A stretch of 64,000 nt of DNA, taken from the IMG/VR virus record IMGVR_UViG_3300031088_000782, positions 245,535 to 309,534 of that record; one strand, given 5' to 3'. The translations under genes and the position numbers were made by a program. The DNA comes from a virus (taxonomy: Duplodnaviria > Caudoviricetes). Positions 9,876-19,122 of this stretch are shown here, one piece after another (within the stretch, counting starts at the first letter, position 1; every line of letters begins with the position of its first letter). The notes below the pieces were generated by a model that saw only the letters and a list, made by a program, of their open reading frames with translations, did not search any database and was not told the origin of the DNA.

Positions 9876-12202
9876 AAATCTCTCTCCTTAAACACACCGT
9901 CTTCAGTAATAACAGGAACGATATCAATACGCCCCTCCTGCCATAAACCAATCTCTTTAGAAATCTGCTCCAACTTACGAGCAGGGCCAATATTTTTACA
10001 CACCCAAATAACTTTCTTATACAATCTATTATCAGCACGATAAGCTCTCAAAGTTTTCTCATAAGAACCACTCGCTTTATTGTTAATCTCAATCTCCACA
10101 GCAATACTCTCCGGTGTTCCATCCTCATTTCTTGGACGAACAACAACAAGGTCAGGAACATGGTAAGCCAAACGAATATTGAAAGGCGGCATCAAAGCCC
10201 ACATGTACTCATTCCCCAAAACTTGCTCAGGGCTTGGGCCGAAATTAACACCACCAGCACGCTCCCAAGAACGAAATTGTTTCTCAATCTCAGCCAACAA
10301 TTCAGGACGATACACATCAGATTTATCAAACATCTTAATCTTTCCAAAAGCAGATTGAATCTCCAGCTCACTCACAAGCTTCTCACCAAACACCATCTCC
10401 CCCTTACCATCAACACGATTACGCACAGGAAATTCAGGAAGATTAAGAACATTCACATTAGCACCCCACAAGTTAGCAGCAGTATTATTTACCGTAAACT
10501 GATGCGGAAACATACTAAAAGTCAACTTGCTTTCGGTCACACGAGGCAAATCAAAACCAGACAAAAGCAAACCAGCCTCAGTCAAAAACCAAATCGGACG
10601 AGCACCATAAATCTTCCTATCAATCACCAAACCAACACTACGCAACTTCTTCAACCTATTATAAGAAGTCTGCACACTACAAGAAAACATACGAGCCAAC
10701 TGCGCATCAGTAGCATAACGGAACATAGCCAAAAACTGCAAAGTCTCACGATCCTTAGCATTGAAAGAAGAACGAGAACCACGCTTCAAACCATCAGCAC
10801 CACGCAAAGCCTGCTCATACAAAACAACCCTCGCCTTACGATCAGCCTCACTCTCACCCAACCCATCAGAGTTAGAACGTAAAGAAGAAACCAAAGAATC
10901 ATCACTCAAAACAGAAGACTTACTACCGCCTAGATTTTTGAAAAACTCCAACTCCGCAACATTCACACGACCATCATTAGACAAATAACGATAACGCTCC
11001 CGAGAACCAGAACCACTCTTTTTCACACCCTTATCAACTGCAGACGAAGAACCTTTTGTAACAGCATCCGAATCTTTCGCAACACTTTCAGAACCTTCAG
11101 AAACATCACTAACAGAATCAGAAATAGAATCCACAACCGAATCTGAACTACCAGAAACTATACGACCAGAGTCATCAACAACAACCTCACGAACAGGCTT
11201 CCTCTTAAAATCAGAATCAATAGCACGAGGTCCACGCTTCCCCTGCTTCTTCTTTTTAGAAGCCGCACCACGCTTCTTCGAACGCTCACGAGAATCAACA
11301 ATAGTCTCATAAAAAGAACCCAAACGATCCGCATCCCCATCAGAAACCAAAGACTTAAACTCAGCACCAGACACAACAGAGTCACGAACAGACTCAACAG
11401 AATCAATAGAAACTTCATCTGTATTGCCTGACTCACTATTAGACAATCTTTCAACAGCCCCAACAGAATTAACTGCACCAGACACATAATCTTCATCCTC
11501 CTCATCAACAAAAGGATTAAAAGAATCAGAAACAGAATCACTTGCCGGAATACCAGAAGACTCTTTTACACTCTTTGTAGAAACATTATCAAAACCGACA
11601 AAAGTTTCAGAATCATCATCCTCGCTACCATCAACAAAAGATTCCCTATCTTGAATCCCACGAGAAATAGCACCTACATCAATAATAAAATCAGAAGAAC
11701 CAGAACTGGAATTTAAAACAGAATCATCATCCTCCCCCACAAATTCATCAAAGAATTCATCATCAAAAGAATCAAACGAATCATCAACTCCATCAGAAAA
11801 ATCTTCAACAGAATCGGTCAAATCAGAATCAGCAACAGAATTAAAGTCAACACTGGAACCCTCAGAAATTTCATCCTCCTCATCAACAAAAGGATTAAAG
11901 GAATCAGAATCAACACCTGAACTATTTGAGACAACAACATCTTTTATAGAATCACCAATAGAAGAATCATTTACTGAAACACTTGTAGAAGACTTTTCAA
12001 TAGAATCCTCAACCGGAGAAACATCATCAAATTTAATAGGACTAAACTTAAACTTCTTCACAGGAGAAACAGAACTACTATCAATAATAGAATCTTTATC
12101 ATAATTCTCAACATCACTAGTATCTGAAACGACAACAGATTCATCTACTATACTATCATCACTATCAGAAGAACCAAAATTAGGTTTTTTAAACTCAACC
12201 AT
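9863..12202 (-). CDS. Replication-relaxation (Replic_Relax) family protein with long Ser/Asp-rich N-terminus
   Basis: C-terminal wHTH (ETLQFLAMFRYAT..QLARMF...RLKKL...GLV...WFLTEAG), PHQF, PDLVV, IAVEIE; start chosen at MVEFKKPNF (ATG 12202). Confidence 0.7.
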   Translation of the reverse strand: MVEFKKPNFGSSDSDDSIVDESVVVSDTSDVENYDKDSIIDSSSVSPVKKFKFSPIKFDDVSPVEDSIEKSSTSVSVNDSSIGDSIKDVVVSNSSGVDSDSFNPFVDEEDEISEGSSVDFNSVADSDLTDSVEDFSDGVDDSFDSFDDEFFDEFVGEDDDSVLNSSSGSSDFIIDVGAISRGIQDRESFVDGSEDDDSETFVGFDNVSTKSVKESSGIPASDSVSDSFNPFVDEEDEDYVSGAVNSVGAVERLSNSESGNTDEVSIDSVESVRDSVVSGAEFKSLVSDGDADRLGSFYETIVDSRERSKKRGAASKKKKQGKRGPRAIDSDFKRKPVREVVVDDSGRIVSGSSDSVVDSISDSVSDVSEGSESVAKDSDAVTKGSSSAVDKGVKKSGSGSRERYRYLSNDGRVNVAELEFFKNLGGSKSSVLSDDSLVSSLRSNSDGLGESEADRKARVVLYEQALRGADGLKRGSRSSFNAKDRETLQFLAMFRYATDAQLARMFSCSVQTSYNRLKKLRSVGLVIDRKIYGARPIWFLTEAGLLLSGFDLPRVTESKLTFSMFPHQFTVNNTAANLWGANVNVLNLPEFPVRNRVDGKGEMVFGEKLVSELEIQSAFGKIKMFDKSDVYRPELLAEIEKQFRSWERAGGVNFGPSPEQVLGNEYMWALMPPFNIRLAYHVPDLVVVRPRNEDGTPESIAVEIEINNKASGSYEKTLRAYRADNRLYKKVIWVCKNIGPARKLEQISKEIGLWQEGRIDIVPVITEDGVFKERDLWMI
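11493..11899. repeat. Two identical 29-bp direct repeats (11493-11521, 11871-11899) encoding FNPFVDEED
   Basis: tcatcctcctcatcaacaaaaggattaaa read at both positions. Confidence 0.9.
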
Positions 12203-12565
12203 CAACAAACACCACCAAACAACATCAAAGGAACAATACATTACATATAAGCAAACATAACAAAACACTCATAATAAGACACAAATAAATATCAAGGACA
12301 AGAAAAAATTAAAAATAAGACCATTTAAAGAAGCTTTAAAAACCCTTACCTAAGCACAAAAAGATAAAAACAATCCCCTTTAACATAATAAAACGCCAAG
12401 AGAAACCCGCAAATAACGAAAAAGAAGAAAAAGTAACATGAAGTTACTATTAACAACAAACCATCCTCTACTGTTATTAGCTTTATATACATAGGTATAA
12501 AGAAAGCCTTCAAAAACCCCGTAGCCTAACCATGCCATAGGAACGTGGGTCGTGGTGTCACCCTT

Positions 12566-12817
12566 GTCCGCTACGCGGACGCAACTATTGTTCAAGCGCA
12601 GGGCGCTTTCTCAGATAGTTGCCCGAACGCCTGGGGGCGTCCGGAGGGTGCCAGTTTGTCGCTGACGCGCCAAACCTGATACGGCAATGCTGACGCATCA
12701 CCGTATCAGCCACTCGGTCGGGGAGTGGAGTGTTGTTTGTGAGTGCGTTGTTACTTACGTTCACAAACTTGCGGTTCGGGTTTGATAAATGTTGCAAAAG
12801 GGTTTGCTAAACATTTG
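12566..12817. other. Cluster of GC-rich hairpins in non-coding island
   Basis: GTCCGC-tac-GCGGAC (12566-80); CTGATACGG..ATGC-tgac-GCAT..CCGTATCAG (12676-12709); GTTTGTGA/TCACAAAC (12735-68); AAATGTT/AACATTT (~12788-12817). Confidence 0.7.
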
Positions 12818-13359
12818 AGAAAGGAGACAAGGTAGAAGGTCCGAGGAAAGAGAAGAGTTGAAGAAAGAACGTAGGTGTGCGCTACACTGTTAAGGTAGCG
12901 GTTCAAAAGTCAGGACAGGTCAGGGTCATGGGTGTGCGGAACACTACGCCACAACATAGGGTTAAGAAAAGGAATGGGTGTGCGCTACACAGCAAAGGCA
13001 AGGGTTGGGGGTTGTAAGTGTGCGGAACACTCCAACAGCGGTAGCGGAACGAATGGCGCGTCAGCGACAGGCGTGACATGAACGTGCCGCGTCAGCGGGA
13101 CGTTCAGCGAAAAGCGCGTCAGCGGTTTGAGTCGGCTTGGTGGGGAGGGGAAGTTGAGGAACGTGGGTGTGCGAAACACTGTGGTTAGGTCACGATGAAA
13201 ACGAAACGTGAGTGGAACGGAAAGCACCGCGTCAGCGGGGATTGTAGTGGAACGTGAGTGTAGTTGGAATGGGACTTGGTTGCAGTCACCGTGAAAAGCT
13301 GGGAACGGATCATGCTCAGGTTATAGTCACCGGGAATGGTTGAGGGGTGAGCGTCAGCG
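12660..13359. repeat. GCGTCAGC(G) motif: five + copies and two inverted copies
   Basis: + at 13058, 13089, 13116, 13229, 13351; inverted (GCTGACGC) at 12661 and 12689. Confidence 0.85.
12875..13179 (+). repeat. Five copies of GTGTGCG(CT/GA/AA)ACAC, iteron/operator-like
   Basis: At 12875, 12932, 12978, 13018, 13167; dyad GTGT-N5-ACAC. Confidence 0.85.
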
Positions 13360-13646
13360 AACTTGTGTTTGCGAAGTGTTGGTCAAGTGGTTTGTGAATG
13401 GTGGGTATGGTTAGTGTGGTGGTTGGGTTCGGGTGTTTGTTGAGTGTTCGTGTTGGGTGTGGGGAAAGTGTGAAAAAATTGTTGGGAAAATTTGTTGCTG
13501 AAATGTTAGGTTGTATTTCTTTTTTTTTATTTTTTATTTTTCTTTTTTGTCAAGGGTTTTGTGGGGTTGCTGTTTTTGGTGGTTTGGGGTAGACTGGTGT
13601 TGGTGCTTGTTTTTAGTTGGTCTATTTTTTGGAGTTGTTTGTTGTG

Positions 13647-13836
13647 ATGTTTCGTAAATATTTTGGTGAACATAATTTTGTAAATGATTCAAATGATGTT
13701 GGAGCCTGGTGAGGTTGTGTCGTTGCGTGTTGGTTCTCGTCCTTTGGATGTGGATCGTTATTATGGTGGTGAGTTTGGTTTTGAAGTTGAGGTTGAGCCT
13801 GGCAGTGAGATGACTGTTGTGCGTTTTCCTGATTAA
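13647..13836 (+). pseudogene. Frameshifted paralog of 35693..35905
   Basis: MFRKYFGEHNFVNDSNDV in one frame, LEPGEVVSLRVGSRPLDVDRYYGGEFGFEVEV in another; 14 nt missing relative to paralog. Confidence 0.7.
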
Positions 13837-13858
13837 TTTCTTATGAGAGGTTGTTTTT

Positions 13859-14170
13859 ATGTTGAGTGATAAGTTTGAGAGTAATGTCGTTAGTGTTGGT
13901 TTGCCTGTTGAATATTGGGTTGATGTTGTGGATGAAATTTTTAGGAATTATTCGCCTACTACAACTATTGCTGGTAAGGATGATTATAAGTTTCGGGATA
14001 CTGTGTTTTATGATATGAATGATTTTTATACTTATTTATTGTTGAATTTTTTCGGTGAGGTAGATCTTTTGCATCCTGGTGAGGTTAATCTTGTTGAGTT
14101 TATCAATGGTGATTCGAGAACTTTGGGTGAGATTATTGAATATTGGGACTCTGTTAAGAGGGTTATTTAG
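13859..14170 (+). CDS. hypothetical protein
   Basis: 103 aa ORF, RBS GAGAGG, followed by IR. Confidence 0.65.
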   Translation: MLSDKFESNVVSVGLPVEYWVDVVDEIFRNYSPTTTIAGKDDYKFRDTVFYDMNDFYTYLLLNFFGEVDLLHPGEVNLVEFINGDSRTLGEIIEYWDSVKRVI

Positions 14171-14298
14171 TGGTGTGAATCTTGCGTAGTGTAAATGCTT
14201 GCTGTATAGTTTGTGAGTGAATATGTTGCTCATATTTCAGGTACATTTAAGTCTCCTATGAAAAATGTTGATGTTAAATAATTTTTATATTTTTTAAC

Positions 14299-14339
14299 AA
14301 GTGGGAGTGACATCAGTATATTTGATGTCATTCCCACTT
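14299..14339. terminator. 17-bp IR
   Basis: aagtgggagtgacatca/tgatgtcattcccactt. Confidence 0.7.
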
Positions 14340-14470
14340 TTTTCATGTTGTATATTTTTATTTACTTGTTTGGCAATGGTTGACAAATTCTGTTTGAATA
14401 GTGTATGATTAATAGTGTCGTAAATTTTTAATATTGTTTATTGTGTTTATCTAACTCTTGGAGGGTTATT

Positions 14471-14632
14471 GTGGCTTTGGATTATTATGATCGTGATGAG
14501 GCTCTTGCGGTGATTAATCAGTGGGTGCTGGATGGTTCTCGTATTGAGTCTTGGGGTGCTGATAATTCTTGTGAGTGGATTAATCTTCGTGGTTCTGATG
14601 GCTGTCTTGAGGATTTTGTTATCTATTTTTGA
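14471..14632 (+). CDS. small hypothetical protein
   Basis: GGAGGG RBS before GTG; promoter at 14380. Confidence 0.55.
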   Translation: MALDYYDRDEALAVINQWVLDGSRIESWGADNSCEWINLRGSDGCLEDFVIYF

Positions 14633-14753
14633 GCCAATGAACAATAGGTGTGTTGTCTGTTGTGAATCCTGTCAGGTTGCGTTAGGTGTTGTTTAGACAT
14701 TGAACCTGTTGGTTTCATAATTTTCTAGCGTTTGCGAAGCGGGGTGTGTTGTC

Positions 14754-15098
14754 TTGTTGATTCGTGATTTGATGTTTGGGGATTTTGTTTCTTATGGCAT
14801 GAATCTTGTGTGCTCTTTTTGCCGAAGGGAGTTTTATTGGGTTTGCAATGATGCTCATTCTAATTCGATTTACAACCGTCCGTCTTATTGTTCTAATAGA
14901 CATAGGGAAGAGGCTCGTTTGTTGAGACGTAGAGTTGAACAAAGCGGTGGGGATGTTTGTCCGTTCCCAGGAAAGAAGAGCTTTGTTGAGCGAGATGATG
15001 CTTTGGCTGTGATTGTAGCAAATCATTATGGGGATGATGGGTTGTTCCCGTATTTGTGTGTTTGTGGTTTGTGGCACAATGGGCATAGAATCAAATAA
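14754..15098 (+). CDS. Cys/His-rich putative zinc-binding phage protein
   Basis: CSFC, CPFPGKKSF...YLCVCGLWHNGH. Confidence 0.6.
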   Translation: MLIRDLMFGDFVSYGMNLVCSFCRREFYWVCNDAHSNSIYNRPSYCSNRHREEARLLRRRVEQSGGDVCPFPGKKSFVERDDALAVIVANHYGDDGLFPYLCVCGLWHNGHRIK

Positions 15099-15311
15099 TT
15101 TTTTGTGGTAGCAGTGATTTCGGCTTGGTGTTTGCAACAGTATTTTCCTATGCTATGATTAAGTGTGGCAAAAGAGTTGAGAATAAAGGTTTGAGAGTTA
15201 CTTGGCTTGTCTATCTGGTTGAGAAAATTTGTGAAAGAGGTTGCGAAAGATACTGTAGTAGTGTAGGATGGACAGTAGAAACAAAGAAAACAGTAGGTAT
15301 CATTAGCAAAG

Positions 15312-15518
15312 GTGAATGAAATGTTTAAAGCGGCTTGTGCGTTCTCTCGTGGAGATAAAATGGTTTCGCGCGGGATTAGTGACAAGGTTGAGATTCTGAC
15401 TGTGACTCATTCGTCTTATGGTTCAGAGGAAACTCAAGATAAGGTGTGGATTGAGTTTGGCAATGAACGTCGATTGTTTGATTATGATGCTCGACTTGAA
15501 TACGTTGAGAGTGAATAA
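15312..15518 (+). CDS. small hypothetical protein
   Basis: 68 aa ORF followed by IR at 15540. Confidence 0.5.
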   Translation: MNEMFKAACAFSRGDKMVSRGISDKVEILTVTHSSYGSEETQDKVWIEFGNERRLFDYDARLEYVESE

Positions 15519-15539
15519 GATTCTTAAATAGTTCAATAA

Positions 15540-15584
15540 CAATTAGAGCACCTATCTCCCGTTAAGAAATAGGTGCTCTAATTG
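15540..15584. terminator. 16-bp IR
   Basis: caattagagcacctat/ataggtgctctaattg. Confidence 0.7.
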
Positions 15585-15737
15585 TTTCTTTTGTTGCAAC
15601 GGAAATTTCTCGTTCTCACTTTCTTGACATATTGTTTAATGTAATATAATATGTATTCTACATGTTCGTTGATTTATTATTGAATGTTTGTTAATGCAGA
15701 AATGCCTATTTGAGAAAATTTTAAAAGGAGATTGAAA

Positions 15738-16106
15738 ATGGGATTGTTTACCGATAAGAGCAAAGAAGCAAATAGCAACAAAAACGCAGAAGTCTATTGT
15801 TTTGACATTACTATGATGAATGGGGATATTTTCTGTATTATTCATTCTCTTGAATTTGATCGCGGAATATGGCTAGAAGTCAATAATCATTTTGCCTATG
15901 CTGTCGGGAACGAAGATCTTTGGGATAAGAAGAACAATGTTGTTGATCGCAATAATTTCATTAGTTATGATAGGCAGATTAAACTGATTTGTGCTTCAGG
16001 AAAGGCAGACATTCTTATCAACCCTAAAGCTATTGCTTATGTCGGGGAAGTTTCAATTGGAGAAACAAGTAATTCTGAACTATCCCGAGCGCGAAACAAC
16101 AGGTAA
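15738..16106 (+). CDS. hypothetical protein, paralog of 21296..21565
   Basis: RBS AAGGAG; SYDRQIKLICASG...INPKAI. Confidence 0.65.
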   Translation: MGLFTDKSKEANSNKNAEVYCFDITMMNGDIFCIIHSLEFDRGIWLEVNNHFAYAVGNEDLWDKKNNVVDRNNFISYDRQIKLICASGKADILINPKAIAYVGEVSIGETSNSELSRARNNR

Positions 16107-16297
16107 GAAAAAAGGCGAAATTGTTCAACCCGATTATACTATTGGAGGATATGCTAAAAACTTTCCAATGAGTAGTGTTGGTTATGGATTATTTCTGGAT
16201 TAAGTGCTTTACGTTTGAGTGCTGTTGTTGTTGAAAATTGTTTGGCTGTTTGAAAAGTAATTTAGTTTGAGAATGGTTGTATATTTGAGGGGTTGCT

Positions 16298-16614
16298 GTG
16301 AGTGCTGTTGCTGATTCTCAGTCAAGCAGTCGAATGGATCGTGACAATTTTTCTTTGGTGACTGTGTTCTATTATGTAGGGGTTCCGCTTACGACGGTGT
16401 GTGTGCTGTTTTGAGCGGGTATTTTATTGCGCTGGGGAATGTGTCAGTTGGTATAGGGTTAGTTGTTTCTGCGGCTGTTTTTGGTTCTGTGGGTGCTGTC
16501 ATTGTGCGCAACATGGTTGAACAGATTTCTTTCACTGTTCCGAAAATTATGTTTCAAGTCTTAGCACTGATTGTTGCAGTGTTGGTTATTCGTGTTGTTC
16601 ATGCTGGAATTTAA
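16298..16614 (+). pseudogene. Membrane protein split by frameshift in (GT)4G repeat at 16397-16405
   Basis: GAGGGG RBS + GTG 16298 frame stops after VCVLF; removing one GT fuses it to hydrophobic ORF 16399..16614 (104 aa). Confidence 0.55.
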
Positions 16615-16634
16615 AAATAATTTTGGTGAATGTA

Positions 16635-16663
16635 TTGACTTGTTTTTGTTGATGTTATATACT
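16635..16663 (+). promoter_or_regulatory. sigma70/SigA-type promoter
   Basis: TTGACT-17-TATACT. Confidence 0.7.
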
Positions 16664-16721
16664 GTGATGAGTTTGTTCATTAATGTATTTTTAATTTTTG
16701 ATTGTTAGTAAGAATTTGTAA

Positions 16722-17051
16722 ATGTATGTGAAAGGAAACAATGTTATGGCTAGTGTAAAAGATTTGGATTTTAGTGATGTTGATTTGCTTGTTCTTGTTG
16801 ATCGTGTAGAGGGCGGTTGGAATGCTGAGGTGAGCGAGGGCTTTACGGGGTCTTCGACTGATGATGGCGGGGACACTTTTGGCGAGTTGTTGAATAATGT
16901 TTTCGCTTGGGCTGGGATTAGTGGCTTTGAGTTCGGGGTTGATGACTCTGTTGATGATGTTCGTAGTGCTGTTAAGCGTTGGAATGATGAAGCAAATGAG
17001 CTAGGAATTGATTTTACTGTTCGAATTTATACTGGTTTTGGAATTGTTTAA
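16722..17051 (+). CDS. hypothetical acidic protein
   Basis: ORF downstream of promoter 16635; likely start MASVKD after GAAAGGA. Confidence 0.65.
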   Translation: MYVKGNNVMASVKDLDFSDVDLLVLVDRVEGGWNAEVSEGFTGSSTDDGGDTFGELLNNVFAWAGISGFEFGVDDSVDDVRSAVKRWNDEANELGIDFTVRIYTGFGIV

Positions 17052-17112
17052 TTAGTTCTATGATTTGACAATGTTGAGCTGGTAAAGTTGTGTAAAGTTG
17101 TTGATTAATGAT

Positions 17113-17167
17113 GAATAAAGAATGACCTCATGCATTGCACTGTTGCCCATGAGGTCATTCTTTATTC
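17113..17167. terminator. 20-bp IR between convergent genes
   Basis: gaataaagaatgacctcatg/catgaggtcattctttattc. Confidence 0.75.
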
Positions 17168-17173
17168 AGTTTT

Positions 17174-17365
17174 TTAATCTTCAATAAGGTAAGTGAGTTG
17201 GGGGAGGATTATTCCGTTTGCGTTGTTGCTTGTTCGGTAGTAAGTGTAAACAAATCCTTCTGGGCTATCTTCGTGCTTTTGGGTGCCGGTGATGATTGCG
17301 TCTGTAATCGTCATTCCGTGAGGACGAACGATTACGGGGGTTCCGGGCTTGATTGCGGTGTTCAT
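17174..17365 (-). CDS. small hypothetical protein
   Basis: MNTAIKPGTPVIVRP...; ends next to 20-bp IR at 17113. Confidence 0.55.
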   Translation of the reverse strand: MNTAIKPGTPVIVRPHGMTITDAIITGTQKHEDSPEGFVYTYYRTSNNANGIILPQLTYLIED

Positions 17366-17614
17366 TTCTCGCTTCTTTCTATGTTTCGCTGTTGCGTTTG
17401 TCTTATCTGTATTGAGTATATAACCTTTTCTCAACTTTCGCAAGGTTCTCGTGAAAATTTTTCTAGTTGATTTGGTTGAGCGATTGATGGGTTCGAACTT
17501 TGGCGAAAATTGAAAAATTGTTTGAATCGTTGTTGACGCGAGAGGAATTTTCGTGCTATTGTGTTTTTGTAAGGTTCGTTAATTAAAACATTGAGAACAA
17601 AAAGGTTGAATAAA

Positions 17615-17956
17615 ATGTCTACTGTCTATAATTACGATAATGTTGTCAAGGTTGCTGAATCTATTGTAAAGAATGTCAAGGCTGAGATTGCCAAAGTTGC
17701 TAATTCAATGAATCGACGTGTTGAGATGGGCGATTATTACATGTCGGACCTTGTTAGTGGATTGGTTGTTCTTGAAAGCGCTCTGTGCTATCTGGAATCT
17801 GTTAGTCGCCACTTTGAGAGGGGTTTTATTAGCCAACTTTCACCGCTGGACGCTCTTGATTCTCTTATTGTGAATGACGATATGCTCAAAGGATATTCTC
17901 TGTATTCTCGTGAGATTATGCAAGCACTGAAGAATGCTGAAACTGTAACTGTATAA
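17615..17956 (+). CDS. hypothetical protein
   Basis: ORF after promoter 17533, RBS AAGG, IR after. Confidence 0.65.
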   Translation: MSTVYNYDNVVKVAESIVKNVKAEIAKVANSMNRRVEMGDYYMSDLVSGLVVLESALCYLESVSRHFERGFISQLSPLDALDSLIVNDDMLKGYSLYSREIMQALKNAETVTV

Positions 17957-18068
17957 TTCGAATGTGTTTAGCGAATGATTGCTGAATGATTTGCAAACAA
18001 AAGTGAGTGTGTCGGGATTACTTTTCTGATATACTCACTTTTTCGTTGTTAAGTGAGGAAAGATTGAG

Positions 18069-18477
18069 ATGAAGATGTTCAAACAGTTTTTCAAGGATAT
18101 TCCGGGTGAGTGATATGGTAGATGTTAAGTTGTGTGTGTTGGAAGTTGTTGACGTTTTAAATTACAATGATGCTCGCTCTTATGTTCTTCATCAACTTGT
18201 CGCTGAGAGACTAGAAGAAAAACCAGCTGGAGTTTTATTGATTGCTTTCACCAATTTGCGTTCTTGGGGCAGGAAGCCTGGGTTGGCGAGATCTCGTTTG
18301 TATATGAATGAGTGGGAAGAGACACTGGCTGATTTGTCTGCTACTTTGAATGTTCTGCGAGGCTTGGATGAGCACTCTTGTGTTCTTCGTTCTTGTTCTC
18401 CTTTTGCTGGGGTAGTCTCTGAAGCAGAGAGGGTTCAGCTCTTGAATGAGTTTAGGAAGTGTTGGTCAAATTTATGA
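18069..18477 (+). CDS. hypothetical protein, possibly frameshifted near 18102-18106
   Basis: RBS+ATG at 18069 (MKMFKQFFKDIP) is one base out of frame with ORF 18106..18477 across ccggg. Confidence 0.5.
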
Positions 18478-18584
18478 ATGGAGTTCGGCTGTTCTCTGTT
18501 GCGATTGTGGTTTAAGAATGGATTGTTGATGAATGTGTGAGAGAATGGCAAAAAAGAAGAATTGAGGGTTGTATTTTAAAGTTG

Positions 18585-18613
18585 TTGACGTGTGGGATTT
18601 TGTGTTGTATGAT
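18585..18613 (+). promoter_or_regulatory. sigma70/SigA-type promoter
   Basis: TTGACG-17-TATGAT. Confidence 0.65.
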
Positions 18614-18661
18614 TGAGTTAAGAGCAAGATAAACGATACATTAAATAAGAAGGAACATATA

Positions 18662-18841
18662 ATGGCTACTTATGCTGATAATTACGAGAATGCTTTTCCT
18701 TACGATTCTGATATTGTTGTTTTGGAGCACGCTGATAGCACTGCACGGAGTTCTTTTAGGGTTTGTAATCTTTGTGGGGCGTTGGTTTTGGATTCGCTTC
18801 ATGTTACTCATGTGAGGAATCAGCATCCTGGAAATGAGTGA
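18662..18841 (+). CDS. 59-aa putative zinc finger protein (not in ORF track)
   Basis: AAGGA RBS; ...RVCNLCGALVLDSLHVTHVRNQHP; promoter 18585, IR after. Confidence 0.65.
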   Translation: MATYADNYENAFPYDSDIVVLEHADSTARSSFRVCNLCGALVLDSLHVTHVRNQHPGNE

Positions 18842-19122
18842 AAGTAGTTAATAAGAGAAAGAAGCTATCCTGTTGAGGGTGGCTTCTTTTTTCTTGTTTT
18901 ACACAATTTTTATCATTTGAATAATAATGATAAAAATTGTGTAAATTATTGTAAAATAAATGAATATGATTATTGTAAATGATAAAACTTTTGAATACTT
19001 TAATGAGATAAATAGTTCAATATTCTAAAGAATTGTTTTGATTTTCTTTAATGTTTTAAAATGTTTTGGTAAAAATATAATTAAGTATTTTACAGTGAAA
19101 GAATTGGGGTGCTACGATTGCT

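Noticed and set aside
12870-13360. CRISPR array
   Set aside because: Repeats are only 9-13 bp, irregularly spaced (40-149 bp) and of two interleaved types; no cas genes.
12380-13592. ORFs 12380, 12585, 12985, 13398
   Set aside because: Low-complexity or repeat-derived translations with no RBS; they lie in the skewed non-coding island.
17480-17500. tRNA T-loop-like GGTTCGAA
   Set aside because: No cloverleaf or acceptor stem in the surrounding sequence; no tRNA found by eye anywhere.
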